In this document: positions 42,462 to 57,382 of the stretch, piece after piece
Numbering within the stretch: the first letter of the stretch is position 1
Layout of the letters: every line of letters starts with the position of its first letter
Origin: Eledone cirrhosa
Lineage: Eukaryota
Direction: 5' to 3'
NCBI GenBank assembly: GCA_964016885.1
Contig: OZ024743.1
Coordinates: forward strand, 114,638,001-114,702,000
Length of the DNA stretch: 64,000 bases
The notes under the pieces: generated by a model
The model's database searches: none
What the model was told of the DNA's origin: nothing
Seen by the model: only the letters and a program-made list of their open reading frames with translations
Translations under genes and position numbers: made by a program

Positions 42462-42850
42462 GATAAAGAAAGACGGGAAATGTATGTTCTTACACGTATA
42501 CCTAAGAACATAATTAATTATCGATAAGTTCACACACATGTATGCTGATCGATGATATTAGCCAATTCAATAATATAATCACACTTATTTGGCGATAGTA
42601 ATACCGAAATTGATCCACGTGTGAAAACTTTATATTTATGAAATATAGAATAACAAATATCAGTTTAGTCGCGCTCATGACATTCTCTAGGATATACGCC
42701 TAAATATGTGACGTGTTGATTTCGGTCGGGGTAGACATAATTTTGTATTTCACACCGGTTAAGATGCAAACTCTAAACTTACAGGCTTACAGGCATAACT
42801 TGAAGAAGAATATAAAAGGATGGAAATTAAAATTTTTAAAGTAAAACATC

Positions 42851-42913
<63 letters not shown>

Positions 42914-42916
42914 TTA

Positions 42917-43055
42917 ATAAACAATATGAGATAATTATTTCATTTACCAGTGGTTTCTTGACGACAGATATTTTCATCAGATCAATGAAGACAGACATAA
43001 ATATCTGTCTTCAAGAAACCACTAGTAAATGAAATAATTATCTTATGTTGTTTAT
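42917..43055. repeat. Short inverted pair with HHR-like motif on the minus strand (CTGATGA...GAAACCACTGGTA)
   Basis: Arms are reverse complements; stem II is weak. Confidence 0.6.
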
Positions 43056-43150
43056 TACATAAATAAAAAAGTTCTGTAGCCTAAATAGAGCACTCTCTTT
43101 TCCTTTATCTTTCCTACGGAAATACTTCATTTATATATATATATATATAT

Positions 43151-43594
<444 letters not shown>

Positions 43595-44291
43595 ATGAAT
43601 ATATATGTGTGTGTGTGTATGAATATATATATATATGTGCGGGATTGTATATATATATATATATGAATGTGTGTGTGTGTGTGTGTGTGTGTTTGTATGT
43701 TTGTTTGTGTGTGTGTGTATAAATGAAAATTATATATCAATTTATTAAACGTTGAAATTTTAATTGGACTCTACACGTGGCTTGTGCAATGGCATTTTTC
43801 TAGAATTATAAGATGCCTACTTATGTACGCCCTTACATTGCTTCACAATTTATTGATGTTTATCAACGGTGAATGTTGCTGATTTTTGTGGTCAGAAATG
43901 TTACCATAAAGGCCTTATTCATACTTAGTGCTTACATAAATATAATACTTATTCTGTCTCTGTTTTTAGCCTGATTATATTGTTTTCTGAAAAATATTAG
44001 ATATGGGGTTTCCTATGATATTAGCAGTATGCAAGTGCTCCGATGTCTTCGATTTTTAGCTTCAATTCTCTCAGAGACCTAATCTTCAGGCCCTTAAACT
44101 CATATAAATACCTGAAGATTGGGTCACACATCTGGCCCCTCAAACATTCTGGAGATACGGTTTATATTGGACCTTGAAACCTTAGGTAGCGTTTTTGTTC
44201 CGTGTATAAACGTGAGTAAATATTATAATATATCATCGGTTTTCCCGATTGAACCCCGTCCTCCTTTTTCATTTTTCACACCAAGGATATT

Positions 44292-44379
<88 letters not shown>

Positions 44380-44870
44380 TATATACACACACATGCATCT
44401 AGCGAGAAAAACCACAAACCCCCCATCTCAATTGTAGTTTAGAAAAGTATAAGAACTGTGAAACCGGTGAAGGAAACAAATAAATATTCTTAAAAAGACT
44501 CCAGTTGCATTTTCGATTTCTTTTCCTTATATTTATATGTGTGTGTATATATTTATATATAATTCAAAGCTTCCAATTTCTCAACGTTTCTAACAATAAA
44601 TTGTTTACATATGTACGGACGGATTAATATGGCTTAACAAAATATCATTGATGCTTTAGTGTAATGATTAGCAGGCGAAACAGTATATTGCAGGTGTGTG
44701 TTCGAGTCAGACATGTGACGCTGTAAACATTCGTTCTGTATGTAGGCTCTATATGGCTAACATAGACTATTTTTTCATAGTCAAACAACGTTGATGCTTC
44801 TAACTTTCAAATTCAAAACTTCCTATCGCTGAACTGCATTAAAATAGATAGTTTACATACACGCAGACAG

Positions 44871-44946
<76 letters not shown>

Positions 44947-45162
44947 GCGCGCGCGCACACAAAATACAACCAAGATCTTCCGCTTTCTAACGTGGGCTAA
45001 ATATTCAATATAATGTTTATGCATATATTGATTAGTTTGCGTGGGTATAATAACATAGTATTAACTACTGGTTTGTCGTGCACTCCTGCGTATTAAATAT
45101 ATCACATATATGAACTAAATATTTACTGCCTATGTACATGTGTGTCTAGTTAATATCTAGAT

Positions 45163-45487
45163 CAGGCATGCGCAACCTTTTTCGAGAAGCAGGCCACATG
45201 AGATATGGCTCATCATCAGGCGGGCTGCAAGAGCTAATTTACATTCGTGTCCACATTAAAAAAAAAAATAAAAAAAAAATAAAAAAAAACCGTGGTAACT
45301 CAGATTGTTTTGATTTGTTTCTTCAGAATTCGTACACGTTGTTTTCCTCGATCGTAAAAATGATAGAAAGATGAATTACGACTGAAAAGTTGGGCAAACA
45401 AATCAGAAAGATTTCACTAAGTTGATTTAGGCGAGCCGTTCAAAAAGCTTAGCGGGCTGCATGCGGCCCGCTGGCCGCCCATGACTG
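45163..45487. mobile_element. hAT (Charlie-like) MITE
   Basis: Ends CAGGCATG...CATGACTG; 8-bp TSD ATCTAGAT on both sides. Confidence 0.85.
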
Positions 45488-45616
45488 ATCTAGATCTTAA
45501 CATACATTCCACAGGTACAGTACTTTAATATTTTCTTTCGATGATAGTTAATATTTCTTGGCTGGCGATAAAGTGACCACAGTACATGCTACCAATTAGG
45601 AAACACTCTATAACAC

Positions 45617-45684
<68 letters not shown>

Positions 45685-45691
45685 GTGTGTG

Positions 45692-45722
<31 letters not shown>

Positions 45723-45804
45723 TAGTTAGCTGTGTAACTACAGTTACAGGCAGAGTGCCGTTCGTTTGAGATGTATTCCAGAGTTAAGGCGTCTGTAGTG
45801 CGAA

Positions 45805-46130
45805 GAATGTAAATAGATTAAGAAAAATCGAAGTCAGTGTTACAGTATATGTTCACAGTTTATTAGCATATTACAATTTTTTCGCTATCGATCAGCTGAG
45901 GGTACAATCAAGATGACAGGGTCAACGTTTCCGACATATCATCAGATATGCGAGTTTATATGTGCAAAGACTCATCTAAAGTTTATATGTGTCTTTGCAC
46001 ATATAAACGCGCATATCTGATAGGCTTCACCATCTTCATTGTACCCTCAGCTGATCGATATCGAAAAAATTGTAATATACTAATAAAGTTTGAACATATA
46101 CTGTGACACTGACTTCGATTCTTCTAATCT
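45805..46130. mobile_element. Family J inverted pair; HHR at 45866-45951 (-)
   Basis: Reverse complement GCATAT-CTGATGA-long stem II-GAAA-AAATTG-TA-ATATGC; relatives at 49699-49778 and 51391-51592. Confidence 0.78.
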
Positions 46131-46187
46131 ATATCTACATCTTTCTATCTATCTATCTATTTATCTAACTATCTCTCTCTCTCCCTC

Positions 46188-46226
<39 letters not shown>

Positions 46227-46228
<2 letters not shown>

Positions 46229-46585
46229 GGAAGAAGAATCAGGATGGAGAGAGAGGTGCTGTACCGCAGCAAGTTTTATGAAAGGTGGGTGAAAGTGGCG
46301 AGAATGGCCCGAGTGAATGGGCCTTCTCTCTATATCAGCCTGTAGATTGAGGAAAAGGAGGAGGAGAGGAAAGGAGTACAAGCTCTTCGTACTCCTGGAG
46401 ATGAGGGTTGCACATTTTTTCGGGGGTATGTGTTACCCATATAAACTGTCTCCCTCTATTGGGGAAAATCGACTAACTTTTAAATTCCATCTGTGATAAC
46501 ATTTTACACGTTTTTATTGTATGTAAACTTCTCCCTTTGTATTTGTCCCCTTCTTTTGTGCCCCTGTGGCTAATAAAGAAATATA
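46227..46585 (+). mobile_element. Tx1 LINE 3' fragment in (TATC)n
   Basis: Similar to 57262-57645 (RIRMEREVL...ERWVKVARMARVNG). Confidence 0.88.
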
Positions 46586-46605
46586 TCTATCTATCTATCT
46601 ATCTA

Positions 46606-46669
<64 letters not shown>

Positions 46670-46836
46670 AATATCTATATATCTATCTATCTATCTATAT
46701 ATCGATATATATATATATATCTAAATATCTATCTATCTATATATCGATATATATTAAAACGATCTCGCCTCAGATGTCTTGCACACTGCCAATATCATAG
46801 AAAACCACATAACTAATATTTTGTTGATAACATTTT

Positions 46837-47214
46837 AATAATTGTTTCCACATTTGGCACAAGGCCAGCAATTATCCAGTGCATTACTGGTACTTTATTT
46901 TATCGACCCCGTAAGGATGAAAGGCAAGTTAACCTCGCCGGGATTTGAACTCAGCCCGTAAAGGGACTTAACTATGCTGGAAAGCATGGCGTCCGACCCT
47001 CTACCGATACTGCCAATCCACCGTCCTAATAATAATTGTTTCTACTTTTGGCACAAGGCCAGCAATTACCCCAGTGCATTACTGGTACTTTATTTTATCG
47101 ACCACGTAAGGATGAAAGGCAAAGTTAACCACGGCGGGATTTGAACTTAGATCATAAAGGGCCGTAACTCTATGTTGCAAAGCATGGCGTCTGACCCTCT
47201 ACTGATACTGCCAA
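46837..47214 (-). mobile_element. Two tandem tRNA-derived SINEs (major family)
   Basis: Two reverse-complement copies of the 57981 SINE. Confidence 0.88.
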
Positions 47215-47283
47215 CAAAAACAGAGACAGAATAAGTTTTGTTCGGATCTAGCTGTCGAAACGGCCGGAGCTCAGCCTTTTCAT

Positions 47284-47350
<67 letters not shown>

Positions 47351-47485
47351 ACACACACACACACACTCACTCACTCACTCACTCACACACATATATATAC
47401 ATACATATATATACACATATATATACATGCATACATATATATATACATACATATATATATACATATACATATATATACATACACA

Positions 47486-47517
<32 letters not shown>

Positions 47518-47532
47518 CACATGCATACATAC

Positions 47533-47611
<79 letters not shown>

Positions 47612-47935
47612 GGCGCTGCAAAAAACATCCGGAAACTAACCATGCATCCCAGACCCGTCATGAATCGACCCCGGCGGGCAGGCGCAGCAAACAATCATCT
47701 GGAAACTAACTTTGCATCCCTGACCCTGCGTGAATCGACAATGGTAAAGCAGTAACCACAAAGTAATAACGGGTAAAAAGTAGCCTGGGGAACACTGCTC
47801 TAACACCGGCTACAGTTATCTCCCTTGACCTACTGCAAAATCAATACATATTTTTTTACGAAGAATGAACAGTGATGTGAACTTATCTCTAAAACACATT
47901 CTGGGTCATGTAAGGAACGCTTTTTAGTTTTTTAT

Positions 47936-47975
47936 GCCCTTGAGAAGCCCATTCGGGCGAAACGTACGTAGGTGC
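47936..47975 (+). ncRNA. Hammerhead ribozyme, U3-A8 variant, in PLE 3' fragment ~47610-48030
   Basis: GCCC-TTGAGAA-GCCC attc GGGC-GAAA-CGTACG-TA-GGTGC; paralog of 9852-9891. Confidence 0.82.
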
Positions 47976-48888
47976 TGTTTTAAATAAACATGTCTTAACG
48001 GTTTGTTCTCCTTTATATACTTCTCCACGTATATATATACATATATATATATATATATACATAAATATATATATACATATATATATATATATACATAAAT
48101 ATATATATGTGTTTGTGTGTATACTACATGTATACTACATAACAACAAGCATAAATATATATACACATAAGTATCATAGTATAATCGCTTGCATGCCTAC
48201 TTAACACTCTATCAATCTATTACAATTGTCTGCATGCGGAATGAGTCGTATCGGATCAATTGTAGCTATTTTGACGTCACTAAATCTACTGGGAATTTCT
48301 TTCAATTGTTGTAGTGTTGGGTTTATTTCTTCGATTAACATTTGAAACGAAATCTCAGTTCTGTTTTAAAATCGGATCCTGTTACACTATTTAGGGCTTC
48401 GATTTACAATCAGATATGCTTGGTTTCTCCTTACTCCTCGAAGAATATGGCAGCGAATATGGCCTCTAACGAAAATCAGAACAGCAGCAATTCTTCTTCT
48501 TCTTCTTGCTGCTTCTGCGGTTGCTGTTGTTTTTATTATTTACGTCAGTTGAGTGCAGGATTAATAGAACATCGAACAAAACATATGTGGTGTTTTGTTA
48601 CATATCTTTAAATTCTGGGTCGACATTGTCTTTCATATCTCTCTCCTCTCCCGCCCGAAGTCGATATGTAACGTACCAGAATATTTCTTATATCGATTAA
48701 GATTGCTGTATCTACATCCACACAATAAAGAAAAAAAAAGCTGGCATTGGAACAAAATAAAGAATTAATATAATTATCTCTATAACTCATGGTTTCAGCA
48801 ATATTCCAACTGTTTCCTATCATGTAGAAAGGATTATCTTAATCTTGGGGGACAATTGAAGGTCAACAAAATCTAGTAATGGTTACTA

Positions 48889-49680
<792 letters not shown>

Positions 49681-49698
49681 TCTGCTTCGTAGAATCGA

Positions 49699-49778
49699 GA
49701 CATATCCGAGGAGTCAGGTTTGATCATTGCATCGATCGTGCCTCGAGCTGGTCGCCAGAGAAACGATTGTAATATGTC
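49699..49778 (+). ncRNA. Hammerhead ribozyme, U4C variant (family J-like)
   Basis: GACATAT-CCGAGGA-...-GAAA-CGATTG-TA-ATATGTC; 7-bp stem I. Confidence 0.6.
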
Positions 49779-49821
49779 TAAAAAATCTTATTCTTAGCAC
49801 CACTGATTCTCCGTTTCTTAT

Positions 49822-49890
<69 letters not shown>

Positions 49891-50048
49891 GTTAGTAACC
49901 ATTACCAGATTTTGTTGACCTTCAGTTGTCCTCCAAGATTAAGATAATCCTTTCTACATGATAGGAAACAGTTGGAATATTGTTGAAACCATGAGTTATA
50001 GAGATAATTATATTAATTCTTTATTTTGTTCCAATGCCAGCATTTTTT

Positions 50049-50115
<67 letters not shown>

Positions 50116-50399
50116 TGTATATCGAATAATATACGATATATTTACGAATAAACATTTGGATGCCTTTTGCTACGGATTTTAAAGGTGATGGCGACGCCAC
50201 CGACTCAGTTCCAAAGGTAGTACGGGGGTGGGGAGTAGTCGACAGCTCTTTTTGACTGTTTGGCCGTTGTCAAAACTACGCAACCTTTTACCTCACTATA
50301 TATTAGAATTTAAATAAGCCGTAAATATATGCTTTTAAATCTTATCTAGCGTCGTAATTGACAGAAAATTAAACAATCTTAACATTGACGTTGATGCTC

Positions 50400-50901
50400 T
50401 GCAGGAGACGAGATTGCCAGAGGATGGATCACTGTGAGAACAGAACTACAACTTATTCTGGCAGTAGAAGAGCTCAGATGAGGTACGCATACATGGCGCG
50501 GATTTTGCCGCGAGGAGCCCCATACTATCAGCCATCGGACACCTACTGGAGGTTCTGAGAAGCTCCTGACTATGAAGAAGACGATGAGAAAAGGCACCAC
50601 CAGCTTTGTTTGTGCTTACCTTTCAACCCAGAGCTCTGCCACAGACGCGAAAAAAAAAACAGTTTATAAGGTTCCCGATTCAATCCTCAGACGTTTGCCC
50701 GACGAAGAAGGTCTTTGCATCTTGGGAGACCTTAACGTAAGGGTGGGTGTGGACTTCGAAGCCTGGCCTTCAGAAATCGAACATCACGCACTTGACAACA
50801 TTAATGAGAACGTCAGAGACTATTGGAGCTGTGTTTCCAGCAACAAACAAATTCTTCCAAAACAAGGCAAGGCACAGAGCATTATGGCGCCACACCAGTG
50901 A
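50400..50901 (+). mobile_element. RTE-like LINE APE endonuclease fragment
   Basis: FVCAY..TQ and LCILGDLNVRVG motifs. Confidence 0.7.
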
Positions 50902-50921
50902 TAAATATATATAATATATGA

Positions 50922-50977
<56 letters not shown>

Positions 50978-51702
50978 ATAATAATAAATTTGAAGACTAA
51001 AATCCAAAGAGGGCTCGATAAGGATAAATATATATCAAATATATAAGAACCGTAGAGCAAATATATTTTTATATATTTTTATATCTGTATATCTGTTTGG
51101 CCCGAAATAGGAGATCGAATCTTCGCTGTGTGGATGATTAGTTTAACCACCATCTCAGTGTGTTTGGCCTTTAACGTAAGTTGTAAGCTCTAATTCATAT
51201 GAATTATAGAGCGCTTGCCTCACAACTCGAAAGTGTTTCTCGTTAATTCATGGGCTGAAATTCGATTCTCGCTAATTTTTACTTATATATATATATATAT
51301 TGTATAGTAGATTGTGACTATATTAGAAGCCGTTTCAAGAACTAGTTCCAGTCGGACCCCAACCTTTTCTAATATATATATATATATATAAAGTAGGATC
51401 GAAGTCACTGCTGTAACATATATATATGTTGTTAGCATATTACAATCGTTTCAATATCTCTCAGCTCAGGGCTCAACTCCTTCCCGACATCTCATGAGAT
51501 TTGCGAGTCTGAGCTGATCGATATTTAAATGATAGTAATATGACAATAAAGTTTATATACATGCTGTAACAGACACTTCGATCCTACTTACTGTTATTTA
51601 CAGTTGCACACTATAGTCACTTTCAGAGGAATGAACTGCTGAGTCATTCATTGTATTGGGATTTGAGCATAAACTCCTGCTGTACCTCCCAAATCATATT
51701 AA

Positions 51703-51892
51703 ATAATTGTTTCTACTTCAGGCACAAGGCCAGCAAATACCCAGTGCATTACTGGTACTTTATTTTATCGACTCCGTAAGGATGAAAGGCAAAGTAAACC
51801 TCGGCGGAATTTGAACTCAGACCGTAAAGGGACGTAACTATGCTGGAAAGCATGGCGTCCGACTCTCTACTGGTACTGCCAATCCACCGCCC
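51703..51892 (-). mobile_element. tRNA-derived SINE (major family)
   Basis: Reverse complement of the 57981 copy. Confidence 0.88.
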
Positions 51893-52549
51893 TACTCATA
51901 TTAAATAATGTATGTAATAATCATATTAAATAATGTACAATAAAAGTGTAAGAGGAAGAATATATTACATATTTCTATATAATAGATATACAACAGTCTC
52001 GCTATGAATGTTTTTAATTAGGGATCATGTCACACCTATCTCAGTAGCTATATGAGAACGCCGGACATTATTGTTTTAGGACTTTTATCGATCATCGGCG
52101 ATGTTTTGTAGAGCCAATAAAAAGTATATTTTGTATACTATCTGCATATAAATCATCTGCAAATTATGATCATTTGCATTCAGCGCAAACCTGCTGGGCT
52201 AAACATAATTAGTAATAACACAAACATAAAAAGCTTCTGGTATTGCTAATAAATATTTTATCCCAACTTATTAGTCTCTTAATTGTTTCTATATTTGGTA
52301 TTTGTATAAATATATTTAGGCCACAAAGAAAATATCGATTCAGATATTACAGTCTATGTATTTATCAACCCATCTATCTACCTACCTACCTACCTACCTA
52401 CCTACCTACCTACCTACCTACCTACCTACCTACCTACCTACCTACCTACCTACCTACCTACCTACCTTCCTACCTACCTACCTACCTACCTACCTGTCTG
52501 TCTGTCTACCTACCTACTTGCCTATCTACCTGATGCGAAAAAATATATA

Positions 52550-53920
52550 GTGTACGGAGAAAATGGTTCATTCACAATCCATTCCCCCCCGGAACTAAAA
52601 AGCCAGAGACTCCTAAACACGGTCATGTTTAGGACAATCTCGAACAAAAGTAAAAAGCCAGCTCAACCATCACAGAGTGAGATAGAGCTGGTTTTAAAAG
52701 ACGTCATGAAGGACATCACCTTCATTCAGAAGGATAGACTCTACGGGAGTCTATCCATTCTCATGAAGGACAGGGACACAGCAGTGAAACTGTCCATCAA
52801 ACCAATCACATCCACCGCATACACCTTCTACCCTACGTACATGGGTAGAAGAACACAAAAAATAAAAGTCCACACCATCCTGCCGATTATGGACATATGG
52901 TGGGTTTTGACAGGTTTCCTGGACCTGGAGGATGACATGCTGGTGTCCATGGGAAAGGCATCGGGTGACGCGTTCAGTGGAACGAGCCTCGAACTTGTAG
53001 TTCAAATGAGGCCCGAAAGGATCGCCCAGATCCCTGAACGCGTCATACTGGATGATCTATCCTTCATCAACATTACCGTTGAGGGTAGACGGCCCTCGTG
53101 TTACCTCTGCGGAACCAGAGGTCACCTGAGGGATGTCTGTCCCCAACTTAATAAGAAAACCCCAATCCTGCCTACACCACCAACAACTGCACAACCAACA
53201 CAATCACCACAACAACCACTACAAAAACAACCACCACAGCTCAAACCAAAACAAAACAATGTCCAACCCATCCCCTCCACTAAAAAAACAAAAACAATTT
53301 CCAAAACACCCGTACCGCAAACACAACCCGAAAATATGCCCCTCCCCTCCAACGCGGAAGATGACCCTAGTTCGTCGTCAGACGAGGAGGAGCACTTCCA
53401 CACAATCAAAAGAAAAAAAAGAAAACACACCTCAGACACACAAATGAAAACAACCCCTCCCCAAAACATGACACTGACACCAACACAAAAGAGCTCACAA
53501 CAACAGCAAACAAAAAACACCACACAAAAACAAAAACATGCATACACATACATAAACACAAGAAACAAAAAACTGTTAAACATTGTGTACAACAACAATC
53601 TAATAAAAACACAAGGACCTAACTTCACCCAGGCAGGGGATTTCCCCCACCTCAAAATGATTAAGGCCCCACAGGACACCTATAAAACTTTAAAAAACAA
53701 TTTTAAAGAGGACGTGGGTCCCCCCTGCGTCGGGCCCATTAACCGCGTCCTCCTAAAAAACTACCCCACCCCCTCCCAAAACACCCACACAACTCCAAGC
53801 TCCCCAACCACACAACACACTGATGCCCCCACACTTCCACAAACCACCACCCCACCCAACAACCCATCCCCCACCCTAATGGAAATTGTGCAGCCCGATA
53901 CCCGGGACGCAGAGAGGTAA
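52550..53920 (+). CDS. Tx1 ORF1 (gag-like, CCHC zinc knuckle), probably 5'-truncated
   Basis: CYLCGTRGHLRDVC and a Pro/Thr/Gln-rich C-terminus. Confidence 0.85.
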   Translation: MYGENGSFTIHSPPELKSQRLLNTVMFRTISNKSKKPAQPSQSEIELVLKDVMKDITFIQKDRLYGSLSILMKDRDTAVKLSIKPITSTAYTFYPTYMGRRTQKIKVHTILPIMDIWWVLTGFLDLEDDMLVSMGKASGDAFSGTSLELVVQMRPERIAQIPERVILDDLSFINITVEGRRPSCYLCGTRGHLRDVCPQLNKKTPILPTPPTTAQPTQSPQQPLQKQPPQLKPKQNNVQPIPSTKKTKTISKTPVPQTQPENMPLPSNAEDDPSSSSDEEEHFHTIKRKKRKHTSDTQMKTTPPQNMTLTPTQKSSQQQQTKNTTQKQKHAYTYINTRNKKLLNIVYNNNLIKTQGPNFTQAGDFPHLKMIKAPQDTYKTLKNNFKEDVGPPCVGPINRVLLKNYPTPSQNTHTTPSSPTTQHTDAPTLPQTTTPPNNPSPTLMEIVQPDTRDAER

Positions 53921-56900
53921 GTGCCTTTTCTCTTCACCACCAACATGGCTATGCTAAGAGTAGGCTGTTTAAATGCGCGTGGCCTGGGCTCAACTTGGAA
54001 GCAAGCAATGCTTCTAAATGACCTCAGGTCACAACGTATAGATGTGATGGTTATTTGCGAGGCCCGGATCAGCAACGTGCGACAGCTGGCCCCCACCTTT
54101 GATGACTTTGAGATGCACGCATCTCTCTGTCAGCCCGGAGGTGGGGGTGGAGTTGTCGTTCTGCTGCAAAAACATCTGGGTCTCGCAACACAGATGGTAC
54201 ATTTGGACCCGGAGGGTCGACTAGTGGTTCTGGACCTTGGCAGTGGTAAAGGCGGAGCGTTTAGGTTGGTAGCCGCCTACGGCCCTTTCGGGTCAATGCG
54301 GCCGGACTTCTTCCATCGTCTGGAGACTTTTCTAGGGACGTCCCGCTCCTTGCTATTAGTGGGGGACTGGAATGGTATCCTAGATGCACGCTGGGACTAC
54401 GTAGGGGCCTGCCCCGATAGAGAGGGGTGTAATAGCCTCAAAGGGTTAATCGGTCGATTTGACCTGGCCGATAGATATCGACTAGATTTTCCGACTGCGC
54501 CAACCTGGACTTGGGCAAATCGTAGCGGATCATCTATGTCGTACCTAGATAGGTTCTTAGTTAGAATTAAGGATAAGGACTTTTTAAGTTGTCCAAAAAT
54601 GCGCATGGTTGGCTATTCAGACCACAAATTAGTGACCTGCATGGTCAACCTTGACAGAACTCATAGACAGGGACCCGGTTACTGGAAGCTCAACTTGTCC
54701 TTACCGGCAAGTAAGGCTTACAGGAACCGGATTAGCACTTTAGTTAAGGAGCGATTGACGGGCGCCATCGTCAACAGCAGGTGGTGGGGATCTCTCAAAA
54801 GAGAGATTAGAGTAGTCTCTATAGAATTTAGTAAGGAGTTAGCCTCAAATAGAAATAGGAAGGAAAGGGGGTTGGTAGATAGTGTAGAAGAGGCAATTAG
54901 AAGCGGCGACGTGGCCAGAGTGCTAGCGTCGAGAACGGCCCTGGGCCAGTTCTTCGACGCGAGACACGAAGGCTGCATCGTCCGAAGAAAAATACGTGCT
55001 CTGGGAAACGAGGGGACCAAAGCTGTTAGCTGGGCCCGCGTGACAGAAGCCAAAAGAGGGAGCAGATCCACTATCCGGTCTTTGCGAGACCAGGATGGAC
55101 GGGTGATCCTTGAACCTAAGCAAATGAGCGAGGCTTTTCAAAAGCACTTTGCCGGATTGTTCGGAAGGGGCGGCCGGCCGGTTGGGGACGTGGACTTCGG
55201 TCCATACCTCGACGGCCTGCCGCGTCTCTCGGACAGGGAGGCGAAGTCCTGCGAGGAGCCGATTTCAGCCGCTGTGATAGAGGACGTGCTGAGCCAATGC
55301 GGCAAACGCAAATCCCCGGGTCTCGATGGTCTTCCATACGAACTATATCTAGCTATGCCGGACTTGTTCCCCGAACTCCTCGAGGCGGTCTACTGCAACT
55401 GGCAACAGAACGGGAGAATTCCCTGTGCTGTGACCAAGGGCGTAGTCACACTAGTGAGGAAGGACGAGAACAAGGGGGACGATATAAATAATTTCAGGCC
55501 CATAACTCTGCTAAATACAGAGTTACAGATTTTGGCCAAGGTGCTAGCAAAGAGGTTGGCGCTTGTCGTGGGCAACCTGGTGGGAGATGCGCAGACATGT
55601 GCTATCCCGTCCAGGTCCATCCACGATAACCTCCACCTCATGTGATACATCATAGAGAGGGTTGGGAACGAACCCGGCTTTGGTGGGGCCTTGATCAACT
55701 TGGATCAATCTAAGGCATTCGATAGGGTCGACCATGGTTACCTGGACGCGGTGCTAGCGGCGGCAGGCTTCGGACCCGTTTTCAGGGGCTGGATCAATGC
55801 CATGCACAGCAGCCGCATCTGCTCTAGGGTCAAGGTGAACGGCTACCTCTCGGAGCCGTTCGAAATCGCGCGGTCCATCCGACAGGGGTGCCCTCTCTCC
55901 TCCCTTCTGTATGTAATGACTCTAGAGCCATTGCTGCGGAAGTTGGAGTTGTTGCAGGGCATCCCGTTGGAACCGGGATTGCGGAAAGCGGTGTCAGCCT
56001 ACGCCGATGACGTAACAGTAATGGTGTCGACGGCCTCGGAAATCAGGGCGATAGGCACCTTACTGGAGGAGTACGAAAGGTTTACAGGGGCTAAGCTGAA
56101 CCGGGACAAGTCGATCGGTCTGCAACTCGGCACGTGGAGGGGCAGATCGATGCCCTCCGATGGCGTCGTCTGGCGCTGGACGGAGGGCCCGGTGAAGTTG
56201 CTCGGGGTCTGGTTCGGACCAGACCTCCAGGTGGAGAAGAACTGGGGTGAGGTGACGAACAGGGTGTTTGCACTGACCCAGAAGTGGGCCGAGTACAAAC
56301 TGTCCCTGAAAGGACGGGCGGAGGTGGCGAGCACTTATATAGCGTCCGTCATCTACTACCGCCTGACCGTTGTGCCTTGCCCAAGGGAAACGCTCGCCAA
56401 AATGGAGCGCGCACTCTTCCAATTCCTTTGGAAGAAGCGGGCTCCTATGGTGAGGAGATCCATCTGCTGTCAACACCCTTCGAAAGGAGGGCTGGGGATG
56501 CCGTGGCTAATGATACGTAAACACGCATTAATGCTACGGCACCTTCAGGTATTCCTCTCCGGTCAACCGGTGTGGGCCCCGTTTGTGAGGCGAGCCTTTC
56601 CCAGACTCGTCTCACTCACCGAGCTGCAATCCTGGGTCAAGCAAAGACCGAGAAAACTGGGCGCCTGGCACACCGAGTGTGCCCAGGCACTCACGGCTCT
56701 CTGGCAGGCGGACCCGGCTGTCAGTGGAGAATCCACCTCGTCATTCTATAGAGGGCTGGTGGTTAGCAGGTGCGACGACGCCCTCGGAGAAGCCCTAGGC
56801 ATGGAGGAAGACGAACTGGCCAACCTGTTCGGTAGGACATTCAGCCCGGGACCCATGGATAACTTCCAGAGGTCCCTGGCCTGGCAATGCTACAGAAGGG

Positions 56901-57382
56901 CTCTGCCCGTTCGAGAAAGGCCCTACAGACACGGGCGCCCGGGTAGGGACCCATCGAAAAAAATCTGTCCCAGATGCGTGTGCGACGAGGAAACCGTTGC
57001 ACACGCATTGGTACACTGCTCGGGCATTGCCGATCTGTGGGGTTATGTCGAACAACTGCTGTCAAGGGTGGGACCAATCCGGTTGACCACCGAGTCTATT
57101 GTAACGATCAAGCCGCCTCCCCTCTTCAAAAACGAAGGAGAGCCGGTGTTTCTGTGCGTAATAGCCATGGCGAAAGAGGTTGTATGGTGGACGCGTCTGA
57201 AAGGACTGAGGTCAGACACCTTTCTCTCTGGCCAACAACTGGTCCGTTTCTTCCGATATCATTTCGGAAGAAGGATCAGGATGGAGAGAGAGGTGCTGCA
57301 CCCCAGCCGTTTCTATGAAAGATGGGTGAAAGTGGCGAGAATGGCCCGTGTGAATGGGCCTTCACTCTACATCAGACTATAG
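53921..57382 (+). pseudogene. Tx1 ORF2 (APE endonuclease, RT, C-terminal Zn finger) with one in-frame TGA at 55643-55645
   Basis: LNARGL, GDWN, SDH, KSPGLDG, FRPITLLN, DQSKAFDRV, RQGCPLS, YADD, CPRC...H...C; the two ORF-track pieces are in frame. Confidence 0.93.

Noticed and set aside
55643-55645. In-frame TGA as selenocysteine or readthrough
   Set aside because: The position is typically Arg in L1/Tx1 RTs, so CpG decay is simpler; no SECIS was identified.
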